From Chara braunii (Eukaryota; Plantae; Charophyceae): DNA of 64,000 bases. The notes beneath the pieces were generated by a model. That model did not search any database, had not been told where the DNA came from, and saw nothing but the letters and a program-made list of their open reading frames with translations. The position numbers and the translations under genes are program-made. The DNA lies in contig BFEA01000003.1 of the NCBI GenBank assembly GCA_003427395.1, positions 7,661,020-7,725,019 on the forward strand, written 5' to 3'. Numbering within the stretch: position 1 is the stretch's first letter; every line of letters starts with the position of its first letter. Shown here in pieces: positions 1 through 13,000 of the stretch.

Positions 1-322
1 CCCCCCCCCCCCCACAACACACGATCAACTGTAGTATCTGCTTCGATCAGTTTTATATCCGATCTTCTCACATCATCAAGCCGTAGTACCTGCTCCGTTC
101 AGTTTCATATCTGATCTTGGTCCATCGATACCTTTTTATATAAAAAAGAAAAAGAAAAGCACGTGTGTGCGCGCCCGCGTGAGAGTGAATGAGAGAGAGA
201 GAGAGGACGGGAAGGCAGGAGAGGGAGGGAGTAGACAGGGGCTTGAGCAGGATGGTCCATCGTGACCAATTAAAAAGAACAAAAAAAAAGGTGGAAAATC
301 CGCAAGCCTGTGCACGAACCAC

Positions 323-354
323 AGAGAGAGAGAGAGAAAGTCCATCACCATCTT

Positions 355-447
<93 letters not shown>
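323..447. repeat. (AG)n/(TG)n compound microsatellite
   Basis: Direct reading: short AG run, (TG)n ~358-411, (AG)n ~412-447. Confidence 0.95.
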
Positions 448-450
<3 letters not shown>

Positions 451-2654
451 CATCAACTTCTTGGCAAACATTCCATTTGTATTGCGGGCGTAGCCGCAAC
501 AGGTTCCGTAGTCAAATTATTCAAATACTCAAAATGCATTGCTGATGCCGTTTTTCCTGGATGTATCTGTCAATTCTGATTGCTTTGACGGCTAGGCCTC
601 GATGCACCTGACCTCAAAAACACAGCCGCAGATAAGTTGAAAAGGCCTAGTCTGGGCATGCCCTGGGTCCAAAGGTGGGGACTCTCATTTGTTGGTTTTG
701 AAACTTTTGATACATTTGATTCAAATTCGAAATACATTTGTCCATTTTGTCTGATATGACTTGTATGACTTCGATCTTTTTTTTCTGTCTTCTTTTTTCC
801 CCTCTGTGTTGCAGAGATGGAAGAGTCCCTGCATTGATCAAGAGCTGAGAAATCTTCTCATCGCCCAAATTTGCAGAGTTGAGTCTGAACAACGCCCGGT
901 AAGGAGCAAACTGTTAGCTGTTCTTGGATTTGGCCACAAAGCTAGGCTACCAGCCAGGCCACCCGGGTCACCCTGTTTTCCCGGGCGGCCCAGGGAAGGT
1001 CCCAGCAAAAAAAAAGAAGAAAAAAAAAAACCGAAAAAAAGTAAAAAAAACTATGTTATGCCAGCCTTGCCAGGTATGAAGAAAAATAAACTGAACAACT
1101 CTTGCCTCAGGCTCACATCGAAATTCTTACCAATTTAGAAATAAAAAATAAAATAAAAAAAAACAACTTTTACCTTTTTTTTTTTTTTTNNNNNNNNNNN
1201 NNNNNNNNNNNNNNNNNNNNNNNNNNNNNNNNNNNNNNNNNNNNNNNNNNNNNNNNNNNNNNNNNNNNNNNNNNNNNNNNNNNNNNNNNNNNNNNNNNNN
1301 NNNNNNNNNNNNNNNNNNNNNNNNNNNNNNNNNNNNNNNNNNNNNNNNNNNNNNNNNNNNNNNNNNNNNNNNNNNNNNNNNNNNNNNNNNNNNNNNNNNN
1401 NNNNNNNNNNNNNNNNNNNNNNNNNNNNNNNNNNNNNNNNNNNNNNNNNNNNNNNNNNNNNNNNNNNNNNNNNNNNNNNNNNNNNNNNNNNNNNNNNNNN
1501 NNNNNNNNNNNNNNNNNNNNNNNNNNNNNNNNNNNNNNNNNNNNNNNNNNNNNNNNNNNNNNNNNNNNNNNNNNNNNNNNNNNNNNNNNNNNNNNNNNNN
1601 NNNNNNNNNNNNNNNNNNNNNNNNNNNNNNNNNNNNNNNNNNNNNNNNNNNNNNNNNNNNNNNNNNNNNNNNNNNNNNNNNNNNNNNNNNNNNNNNNNNN
1701 NNNNNNNNNNNNNNNNNNNNNNNNNNNNNNNNNNNNNNNNNNNNNNNNNNNNNNNNNNNNNNACACCAAGCTCAGAGATATGGCAACCGAGAACACAGTT
1801 CAGATGTAACCTCGCTTCAACAGACTATGGTGCATCAGCGCCTGTACATCACAACTCTCGTCACTGTGTTCAACTCCACTGTTCACACACGCTCACTCTG
1901 GATCACCCTGAATACCACCAGGCACGCACGGTAAGTCTAACTTCCTCCTACAGCGGCTATGGCCGCACTACCACTACCGACTATGGCTACGATCTCCCTT
2001 CAGCCCACTTTGTCCTCGGGCAACCTGCAGACCACCTTCGCACAAGACGCTGTAGCAGCGCTTACGCAGTGAACGAATGAATGACTGGGCGGTGCCTCTT
2101 GATTTATACTTCTGTAACTCGTTGGTCTGCCCCTTTCCCAGGCCCTTGGTGTACACAGTCCCACACGGTACTTGCTTGACTGGACTCTGACTGACTGGGA
2201 CCGGTACCGCTGACTGCATGGGTTTGCACTGCCAACTCGATGCAGTCACACTGCCGACGTAACGCATTGGACTCACCACTTGCCCACTTGCCTCTGGCTA
2301 AACGTGAGGCTACTTCGAAAGGCCACTTCCGGACCTTCCGGACGTCTGTGGACTTGGCCTTACGAATACTATAGCAGCTACGACCTTGACCTTTCAGGAC
2401 ACCTACAGCTAAGACCTCGACAGAACTATGACCCCTATTTGACAGACCTACAGATCGAACCCCTACAACTATACAGTCCAACGACAGGCAACAACCACTA
2501 CCAAAACACAGGTTACGGGTTCAAACACCGACTCGATACTGTACATGGGCAAAGTGAGATCTGGGATCGAATCCTGGTGCCCGCATCTGTGCCTACAGAA
2601 CGTGAAAACCGTTACACTCCCGCCGGCCTAAATTCTAGGTCCTTCGAGAATACT

Positions 2655-3050
2655 TCAGTCTAAGGCAGGACCTTTCCCCTTCTTGTCTCTTTCGTAGGCT
2701 CGAACTATGTCGGGAGCTGTCGCTAGAAGTTCTGTTCGCGTGAACCAGCGGTCGTCTTCTGGTTCCTGAAATGCGAATCTGACTTTGTACTGTTTCTGTG
2801 GACGACCTCTACCTCCCGTCCTAAAGACGTCCTCACCTACTATCCCCTTGCTGTCATATCTTCCATCCATATCCAGAGGGATCATAGATCTGCGTGATGG
2901 GAACTGTTGACTTGTGACGCAAGGCAACAACTTCGACGCATGGAACACTGGGTAGGTGCGGAGGTGTACCGGAATCTCAATAGTATAGGACGGTCCATCC
3001 TCTCCGCCCTTGACTTCTAGGACTGGCCACGGTCCTCTATACGCAGGCAA
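2655..3050 (-). pseudogene. Gypsy integrase C-terminal GPY/F region and chromodomain
   Basis: YRGPWPVL...YPVFHASKLLP, then QYKVRFAFQEPEDDRWFTRTELLATAPDIVRAYE. Confidence 0.85.
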
Positions 3051-4383
3051 TAACTTTTGTGAGATGTTCTCCTCAGGAGCAAACTCTTTTGACTTGACCC
3101 AGACTAAGTTGCTACTTGAAATTCTGAGGGGCGACGGTGCTTGTTAGCTTGCTCTATCATTTTGTGCTGGGCTTTCTTGAGGTTGTCAATAACGGTAGCT
3201 ATCTTTTTCTCGTGCTGTATCGCAAACTCTCATGTTCCGGGCGGTAGCCTCTGAATCTGATCCCGGTTAAATCCATCGAACGGTCTGCTCGATCTGAAAG
3301 ACTTGTGCAGCTCGTTGGGAGTGCGACACGTAGATAAGTGCACGCTATTATTGTATGTACTGGCTACCTTAGGGAGCATCTCATCCCAGTTGATCTGGTC
3401 GGGCCTAATATACATCCTAAGAACTTGCTGCAGGAGCTTGTTCATCTGTTCAGTCTGGCCGTTAGTCTCAGGATGACGGCCAGATGACATTAACAACTTG
3501 GAACCATAGACTCTCATTAGTTCCTGCCAGTTCTGACTGGTGTATCTAGTATCCCTGTCACTAACTATCGACAACGGTATACCATGCTCACTGACCCAAT
3601 GGTCAAAAAACTTTTGAACTACTAAGTCTGTGCGTGCCTCTGCAGGCAAAGGAACAAAAACTGCATATTTACTAAACCTATCAACTATAACCATGACTTG
3701 ACTTTTGCCATGCCTACTCTTTACCCCAGTGTCCAAAGTTGATGGACACAGAATCCCCGGGTCTATCAGGAATAGGCAAAGGTCTGAGAAGACCAAGAGG
3801 GGCTCGCATAGTGGTCTTGTTTCTCTGACACACTTTACAACTGCAGACATACTCTATGCAGTCGGCGTTCATACCAGGCCAGATGTACGTGCACATGAGG
3901 TTGGCTATAGTGTCTTTTGCCAACCAAAGTGTCCCTCTGTGTCATGGCATTCCCCTAAGATCAAACTACAGATCTCTTCATTGTTGGGAATGCATAGGCG
4001 GCCAGCTACATTAGTCTTCTTGAATAATAAGCCGTCTGTAGTGCGGTAGTCTGGCTCAGACTCTAGAGCCTCCTTAACTCTCTTGAGGAGGTCACTATAG
4101 ATAGGGTCCTGTGCATATGCCTCTCTAACTCTTTGCTGCAGGTCTCTCCCTATATCCAAATAGTAAACTATTGCCCCAAAGTAATCAGCTCTCCTACTCA
4201 GAGCGTCCGCTACTACATTGTACTTCCCTTTAACTGGCTTCAGTTCAAAGTCATATTGGTCTAACTCTGCGGCCCACCTAGTAAGCTTAGGTGTTATCTT
4301 GGCCTGAGTCTTCAGCCACCTTAGAGTCTCGTGGTCTGAGTAGACTTTGAAGTGCCTCCCAAGCACGTAGTGCTTCCAATGAT
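3051..4383 (-). pseudogene. Gypsy pol: RNase H C-terminus and integrase (HHCC zinc finger plus DDE core)
   Basis: FKVYSDHETL, NVVADALSR, CHDTEGHFG, CKVCQRNK, VDRFSKYA, IVSDRD, HPETNGQTE spread over several frames. Confidence 0.93.
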
Positions 4384-5546
4384 TTAATGCTTGCCTGAGA
4401 GCGTAGAGTTCTCTGAAGGCATCCTGGCGGACATGAACTCTACGGGCCTATATCCATTGCCATCGTCTTGCTGTAGAACAGCACCTATGCCATACTGACT
4501 CGCGTCAGTGGTAACAACGAAAGGCAGGGACGGATCGGCTACCTTAAGGAATGGATATTCTATCAGGGCCCACTTTAATCTTTTCAGGGCAGCTGTGCAG
4601 TCCTTGTCCGACTTCCAGATTGCTTCTTTCTTTAGCAACCTGCGAAGGGGCGCAGCGATGGTAGAGAACTTCCTGACAAACTTCCTGTAATAATTACCTA
4701 GGCCTAGGAACGACCGCAACTCTGTCAGCGTGCGGGGCGTTGGCCAATCTCTAATCGCTGCAATCTTGCTATCTTCAGGTCTAACGCCGTCTCCGTCTAA
4801 GACGTGGCCGAAGTACAACACTTGTGTCTTGGCCCATTCGCACTTCTTTGCATTGATCTTGAAGTTAGTTTCTCTAAGTTTCTCCGATACCTGCCTCAGA
4901 TGGCCCTCATGCTCCTGGAGGGTCTTACTGAACACTAGAATATCCACTAGAATATCATCTAGATATACTACAACAAATCTATCTAACCACGGCCTAAACA
5001 AATCGTTCATACAGCGCTGGAAAGTCGCTGGCGCATTGGTTAGTCCAAAGGGCATAACTATAAACTCATAGTGCCCATATCTAGTCCGGAATGCTGTCTT
5101 ATACTGATCATCAGGATGAACCTCTATCTGATGATAGCCGGACTTTAAGTCTATCTTCGAGAAATACTTGCAGCCCTGCACCCGATCTAACAGATCATCT
5201 ATCTGGGGCAGTGGTTCTGCATTCTTCACTGTGATAGCATTGAGACCTCTATAGTCTATATACATTCCGAGCTCTCCCTCTTTCTTGGGGACAAAGAGAA
5301 CAGGTGCTCCAAATGGAGACGAACTGGGCCTAATCCAACCGTTCTCAAGGAGCTCGTCTAACTGCTTACGCAGCTCCTCTAGCTATCTTCGCGACATTCT
5401 GTAAATCGCTCCCTTAGGAGTCGTACTGCTAGGCTCTATCTCTATACAATGCTGGATCGACCGCGGCACTACTCCTGTAGGCGGCTTAACTAGATCTGTG
5501 TATTCTTCCAGCAGCTTGGCAATAGCAGGGTCTATGGGTCTCAGCT
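4384..5546 (-). pseudogene. Gypsy pol: reverse transcriptase and start of RNase H
   Basis: [52 protein letters not shown]; stops and frameshifts present. Confidence 0.95.
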
Positions 5547-6589
5547 GTTCGCGCGAATGTGAAGGGGCGCGAACACGTTCGCCATGCTACGCAGCATGCA
5601 AGAAAAGAACTGTTAGCTGTTCTTGGCCTTGACCACAAAGACCAGAAGGAAAAAGACGAAGTGACTCTTTTTGCCAATTTTTTATCTTCTTGGTCTGTTT
5701 GGTCTTTTTTGTTTCTGTGCCAGTGTATGGTCCTTTTGGTCTTTTGGGCAGTTTTTGTTTGTTTTGCAATTTTTTTTGTGGATTTTATTGCCTTGAATGT
5801 AGATTTACACATATTGAACTGGACTTCTGAAAGTAGTTTACAGAGGTTACAAGGCTGTCACCTGGAGAAGCCCATTGAAGGCTACTCTCAAGAGTCTCAA
5901 CGTTAAAATCCAAGATTTAGGTGGCTTGCCATTACGATGAACTAAGCTGTCTCCATCTACTCCGTGAAAATCATATGAAGTTTGCCTTAAACCAGTAGTA
6001 CCTTTCGCAGCCAAACTCGAAACACCAATTTTCCACAAACTGAATTCTTCGGGTTAAATTATTACTGGACCTCAATGGCTGACGCCGTGAGCTGAAAAAG
6101 AAAAAGAACGTTCAGCAAAGCTTGGCACACAGTTCTTTTCCACCTCGTAAAAAAGAACGGGTGATAGTGGCTCTTTAAACACATTATTTGGAGGGAGACG
6201 ACATGAAAATCATTTTCGAGTTACTCACCAGTGCCCATTTGCTGCTAATGTCTCCAATTCTGAAAGGCGTGAGAAAGTTATAACTTATAAGTGATTTTCA
6301 ATCCTCATCTATGTAGCCTTCCGGAGATTTTCACATTGCAATATGCTAGTGTACTAGGTGCCAGTGATACACAACTAACCTGTCCACATTGGCTGCAGCT
6401 CTTAATAGTCCCAGGGAGTTTGCTTTACGTCCCCACTATGTTGCAATTTGGCAACCCCTCATCTGCTCACAGTGCTTGATGATAACCGCTCTTTCTAAAT
6501 CCTGTTCGAATTCTTTGTTTTCTCTCCTCTACTCTTCTTATGCCAGGTACTGCTCATGACCTCCTCCTGGACTGCTTTGCTCCCGGTAT

Positions 6590-9160
6590 CTCTACTCTAC
6601 TCTCCTCTCTCCTTTCTGCTCTCTCCTCTATTCTCTACTCTCTACTCTACTCTCTACTTTACTCTCTACTCTACACTAGCCACTCTGCTCTCTATTTTGT
6701 AAGTTTGTACCTTACTTTCTACTCGTCTCTACTCTACTCTACTATACTATACTAGCTAAAATAGTCCAAATTCCAGCGACACAAACTGCTAGAAGTATTG
6801 CGAAAATTCTTCTCGATGAAGGATTTATAGAAAATTTTCGTGAAGTTGTGCTCTGCTACTCTCTAGTCTACTCGGTACTCTACTGTGTAGCGTACTCTAT
6901 TATACTCTACTCTGCTCTAAGCTCTACTCTCTATTCTACGCTACTGTACTCTTTTCTACTCTACTTTCTACTCTAATGCACTCTACTATACTCTCTACTC
7001 TTCTGTACTCCCTCTACGCTCTGCTCCACTCTACACTGCTCTCTGCTTTATTTTCTACTTTCTACTTTCTACTCTAATCTACGCTACTTTCTATTTTCCA
7101 CTTTGCACTACTCTCTACTCCCTACTGTTCTCTACTCTGTACTCCACTCTCTACTTTTCACAGCACTAATCTACTCTCTATTCTACCATGTACTCTGCTG
7201 CCTACTGTACTCTACTCTCTCTCTAGTCTACTCTCTACTCCACTCTAGTCTCTACTCTCTCTGCTTAGTATACTCTCTACTTTGCTCTNCTCTACTCTCT
7301 CTCTAGTCTACTCTCTACTCCACTCTAGTCTCTACTCTCTCTGCTTAGTATACTCTCTACTTTGCTCTACTCTACTCTACTCTACTCTACTCTACTCTAC
7401 TCTACTCTACTCTACCCCACTCCACTCTACTCTACTGTACTCTCTGCTCTCTACTCTACTCTCTGCTCTACTCTCTACTCTACTCTCTACTCTACTCTCT
7501 ATTCTACTCTACTCTTATGTCCTCCACTCTATTTTATCATCTACTCTACTCTCTGGTCCCCTCTCTACTCTCTATTCTCTACTCTCTACTCGCTGCTATT
7601 ACTCGCTGCTCTCTACTCTTTACTCTACTCACTAATGTCTACTCACCACTCTTCTCTCTAGTCTACACTGCTCTCTACTCTACACTACTCTCTACTCTCC
7701 ACTCTCTACTCTTAACTCTCTACTCTACTCTACTCTGCTCTCTACTGTCCTCTTCTCTACTCTACTCTCTTCTCTTCTCTATTCTACTCACTACTCTTTA
7801 CTCTCTACTCTTTACTTTCTACTCTACTCTCTCTACTCTACACTCTGTACTCAGAACTCTAGGCTACTCTATTCTACTCTACTCTCTACTCTATGATACT
7901 CCCTACTCTCTGCTCTCTACTCTGCTCTCTACTCTACTCTCTACCATATGCTACTCTCTACTCCATTCTATCACTGCCCTCTACTTCTCTACTCTACCCT
8001 TCGCTACTCTCTACTGTCTACTCTCTACTCAACTCTACACTAGTCAACTCTCAAGTCTACACTACTCTCTACTCTCTACTCTACACTATTCACTACTCTG
8101 CTCTACACCACTGTCTACTCTGCTCTACAGTAGTCTCTACTCTACTCTACACTACTCTGTTCTACTCTACAGTACTCTCTACGCTATACTCTACACTATA
8201 CTCTACTCTTCTCTATTCTCTTCTCTCTATTCTACAGTACTCTCAACTCTCTGCTCTACTGTCTTCTCTCCACTCTACACCATATCTACACTATACTCTC
8301 TACTCTATAACACTCTGTCTACTCTACTGTACTCCTGTCTCATGTCTACTCTGTACTCTACTCTCTACTCTACTCTACAGTGCTCTATACACTCTACATT
8401 ACTCTACACTGTACTCTGCTCTACTATCTACTCTACACTATACTTCCTACTCTGTCCACTCTACTGTACTCCCGTCTCCTGTCTACTCTCTACTCTACTC
8501 TCTACTCTAGTCTTCTCTCTATTATACTCCCTGCTTTATACTCTCTATTCTCACCTCTACCTTACACTACTGTCGACTCTCTACTCTCGACTCTCTGCTC
8601 TACTCTACTGTCTGCTCTCTCCTCTATGCTACACCACTCACTCTGCATCATACTCTTTACTCTACTCGATAATACTGTCTACTCTGCACTATTCTACTCT
8701 ACTCTACACTCTACTCCACTCTACTATCAACACTTCTCTATTCTACACTATTCTACTCTCTACGCTCCACTGTACCGTACTGTACTCTACTGTACTCTCT
8801 ATGCTTCTCCACTCTATTATATTTACTTGACACTACTATAGTACTTTACGCTATACACTACTACTCTATAATAGACACTCTATAATAGACAATATTCTCT
8901 ACTCTCTACGTTCTACTGCACTCTACTCTCTACTCTGCTCTGTACGCTGTACTCTCCAGTCTATTCTACAACACTCTATGCTCTCTACTCTATTCTATAA
9001 CACTCTATACCATCTACTCTTCACTACTATTTACTTCATATTCTACTATACTCTCCTCTACTCTCCTCTACCGTTCACTGTGCACTCCACACACTCTCGA
9101 CTCTACTCCACACCATTAACTCTACTATAATCTTTAATCTACTCTACTACATTGTAGTCT
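6590..9160. repeat. Degenerate (CTCTA)n pentanucleotide satellite / low-complexity tract
   Basis: Near-perfect CTCTA run at ~7366-7415 with degenerate flanks; internal ~81-bp duplication around 7210-7370. Confidence 0.95.
6755..6846 (+). pseudogene. rps8: Plastid-type rps8 fragment (NUPT)
   Basis: Translates [30 protein letters not shown], resembling the plastid S8 segment KTVQxPAT..R.IAKILL.EGFI.NF; AT-rich island in the satellite. Confidence 0.8.
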
Positions 9161-9455
9161 ACTCGGGCTGTCTTTATTTGGGGTTAGGACGGGGATAACT
9201 TTTTGTTGCAAAGACCTACAGGCGAAAAGACGACTCGTTCTTGTTTATGTTTGCTTTTCAAACAATCGACCATAGCAGCATAGCTGTTTTTTTTTACCTG
9301 CCTACGTATCCCCCATTTTTCTGTTCCGGTATTCAGACTCTATTGGAGATGTCATACACACTAATGTCAATTACATCAATATCCCTTTCTCACGCGGGCG
9401 GAGCTGCACTGGCTCATCTTTTCTTTTTCCTTTTTTTTCTTTTTTTTCTTTTTAT

Positions 9456-9876
9456 TAATCCTTCCGCAGTTTCACCTATGGATAAGGTTCCTTCCTCTAA
9501 ATGATAAGGTTCCATGTACTTCTCACAGCACCACCAGCGGCAAACCACTGAGATCACCGTGATCCAGACACTTCACCGGACCATTTAATCTGCAGGAACG
9601 ACGGCTGGTCTGTGCAAAGGGCAGTGACGTAATCAGCGTGAGCTGATGACTCGCTCTACTAGGCATTCCTCGCCCAAGATTGATAATTACAACGATCTAG
9701 CCCTGTCACAATGAACCTTGAGAAGTTTACCCTGGCCTTTCGACCTTAGGCAAGCAAGTCGTTGGATTCATCAGTGCATAACTCGCTTGCGGCCCAGAAC
9801 ATCTAAGGGCATCACAGAGCTGTTATTGCCTCAAACTTCCGTTGGCTAATCGTCCAACAGTCCCTCCAGGAAGCTG
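9456..9876 (-). pseudogene. 18S rRNA 3'-end processed pseudogene
   Basis: Reverse complement of conserved SSU motifs (atccttccgcag.ttcaccta; gcggcccagaacatctaagggcatcacaga.ctgttattgcctcaaacttcc) with many substitutions. T-tract 9421-9455 and TSD-like flanks. Confidence 0.92.
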
Positions 9877-9984
9877 CGCTGGCTCAGCTTGTTGGAATAC
9901 GTAATACAAATGATGTGCTTCTTTAAAATTGAGCCCTCTTTTTTTTTGTTGCCCACTTTTTGCTAACTGGAGGTCAGTGTCATG

Positions 9985-9985
<1 letters not shown>

Positions 9986-10051
<66 letters not shown>
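9986..10051. repeat. (GT)n microsatellite
   Basis: Direct reading. Confidence 0.95.
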
Positions 10052-13000
10052 CGGGCATCACAGAACCCCAGAGGTCAAGCTTCACACCAGACTATCTTCC
10101 GCGAAACGAATCATCGCAGGGTACCAATTGTCAAAACATATACCCAGTTTCCATTTCAGCAACCCCCCCCCTACTGTCTTCCCCTGAACACAATGCATCC
10201 TAATTATGACTGCATCCAACCGGAAAGTTGGCTTGTATACGTTCAGAATCAGGGTAAATTGTGTTCAGGGGAAGACAGTAGTGAAATCCATCAAATTCGA
10301 TACATGCGGCAAGCACACGAAGAGATGATTGGATCAAAAGAGAAGCAGACGGGCAGAGTAGAGAAAGAACAGCGATGGAAGGGGAGGAAAATACCACACA
10401 TAGAGACTCCTGGTAGAACCCAAGGCAACTCCTTTTCATGTATGAAACAGGCTCATGTCGCAAATGATCACCCTTCATTCCACAGTGTCAACATACACTT
10501 GTTCACACCACCAGTCTTGTTGCTGACCCAATCGACAGTTTGTCTCCTGATTCGCACCCCACATAGCGATTATCCCGAGATGATGCTTTCCACTTCCCCC
10601 TGATACCTTCACATGCTTATCACCTCCTCACTCCTCTCTTGCAAAGAATTTTGTAATCAACGTAACCACCTCTCCGATCCATGTGCTCAAACTTAATCCA
10701 CACTGCTTGTGATCATAGCAACTCAAACGAGGGACATGGAGTGTGCTTGAACTAAATCCACGCTGCTTGCGAGCATTCTCCATGTCCCTCATAGACTCCA
10801 ACTATGCTAAGAATTCTACGAAAAAAAGACGACTAACACACATAACGGTCATAACCCCGAATATATTGAAGAACTCGACACCCTCCATCAGGTCCACCAG
10901 GAAGGCGTCTCGAAACCGCTCTCGCTGACTCATCTCCTATTCACAGCGCTGCCGTTCCTTTCTTACTTCCGAAGTTCCTATGTCAGCATGTCATAGATTA
11001 TATACAGTGGAACACTTAACTGTAGGGACATGGGATGTTAACTGGGACGAGTATGAAGTGGGTGTCCATTGACAAGGAACGAGATGTATGTTGGTGTGAG
11101 AGAGCGTGCCACCTCGAAAAATTTCCATCACGATTACCATAGCAAGGGTAGACGCGAAGTTTATATTGGGTGACGGAATGGTATGGCTATGGATTAGTGG
11201 CATATTATTATCCCTAAAGGATGCTTTTTGCTGCCTGCCACGTGCCAGCTCATCAGAGGGAACATTAAGATCACAAAACATGTCCAGAACCGCCATCACG
11301 GCAGCTTTGCACGCCTGGATTCAGCAGAGAGGAGATGGAGGGGGAAGGGGGAGAAGGCACCATTGTCGAGTTTTTTACCATGCTGGATCACGAAGGGCTG
11401 AAGGAGATTCCCCAGCATCGAGCATCTCGTAACGCGTGGAATCCACCATGAGTAAATTACCGAATAAACTGACTCGTCACGAAAGCGCTGAGACCTCGAC
11501 GCTATCTAGCTATCTAGGGACGTAAGCCGGGCTACATGCACAAGCGCAGTCGTAGCTGCGCCTTACCTCTGCGGTGGAAGAGGAATTGCCCATGTGCATT
11601 GTTCAAATACTCGTTCACCATTGCTTGCCACTAGTATCCAAGTCCCCTGGGCAAATTCCCAGGCCCTTCTCCATTTCAGACCTTCGGGGTACCCTTGCCC
11701 CCTACATGGGTCAATCATCTTTCCATAGGGTGCCACCCGTGGGGGCACACATATGCAAGCGGGCAAAGACAACTCTTACTCAGCACCTGAGGCCAAAATT
11801 TTCCCCACACATCAGAGCCACTACCCTTCGAAGGCAATGATGGGTCGACCATCAGTCCCAATTTGGGGGGAACACATGTACCTTAAAGCACAAGCATCCA
11901 CCTTCACATTGCAATGCACCCGACTGCAATCAATCGCCAATCCAACTTCCCAAACGCAGAAGACTCACAAAAGTATCACACCGAACAACGAAACCACGAA
12001 TCGACATGGAGATGAAAGTGCCCTGCAAACTCTATATTAATATACAAGCGGAAAGCCGGTGACAGAGGGCGGAACGAAAGCAGCAGGAAGTGGAATGGCG
12101 AACTCGGCTCTCCAACTCAGCGCTTGGCATGGCCAGGCAACATTATTTGGCACGGGTGGCACTATATGGGCTGGGTGGTATTATGCAGACCGGGCAGTGA
12201 TATGTGGGCTGGCCTATATGGTGCGGTGTAGGTGGGCAGCACTACACTGGGGGGTTGCCCCACCTGATGCATGTGGTGGGCTTCTCTGGACGCATCTGGC
12301 CCGGGCAGTCCACACCCGGCTGCTCTGTACTTGTATTTGAACAACCGTCCTTGGGCATTGCTGCATGTGCCCAAAATGCATTGAGAGAGTCCTGTGTGAG
12401 CATGCCGGGACGCCCGTGAAACTGGCCGGCAGAAAACAACTAAGCACAGCAAAAAGATCCACTGCCAGCGAATCATAACGGACGAATAAGGGCATGCCGA
12501 CACTGCGACTTAAGGCCTCGCACCACTACTCTCCAAATGTGCAAAATGAGACTGAATCCTCGACTAGAAAATGGGAAAATGCCTTGCCATATTTTTTGCC
12601 TTTTGTGCAGGTGGAGAGTAGTGGAGTGAGGTGCGCCCTTGTATTCCAACAGCCGTTCATCCAAGCGCTTTGCTGGATGTGTCTCATCGCGGGCTGAATA
12701 TGTCTCACCCTGGGGTAAGGCCTGGATGTACCTGGGCCAAATCACATCCAGAAATAGGGCCTCGCTCCAGTACTGATGCATGCTCACCTGATGGGTGAGC
12801 AATGCCAGAATGACCGAAGGAACAACCTATGTGACGGATAAGGACTCAAACAGACAATGTGCAAAACAAGTAGCAATGTGTACTCAGATAGACCGGTGGA
12901 ATCATACAATGTAGCACAGCGGAAGACTTAAAGATATGACCTGACACATCTGACCCGGACTCGATTCATGCAATCATCATCACACCTGCCGCACAGCAAG

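Larger units (their letters stand above)
1763..5546 (-). mobile_element. Ty3/Gypsy LTR retrotransposon (chromovirus-type), 5'-truncated and degenerate
   Basis: Minus-strand domain order RT-RNaseH-integrase-chromodomain. 1763-2654 is the presumed 3' non-coding region running into the gap. No gag or protease is seen past ~5546. Confidence 0.93.

Noticed and set aside
7103-8841. Long L/S/T/Y-rich ORFs (up to 437 aa)
   Set aside because: Translation artefacts of the CTCTA satellite.
12519-12585. Shared coding exon with ~56190-56255
   Set aside because: A short diverged DNA similarity is present, but no frame gives a recognisable product; likely an old dispersed repeat.
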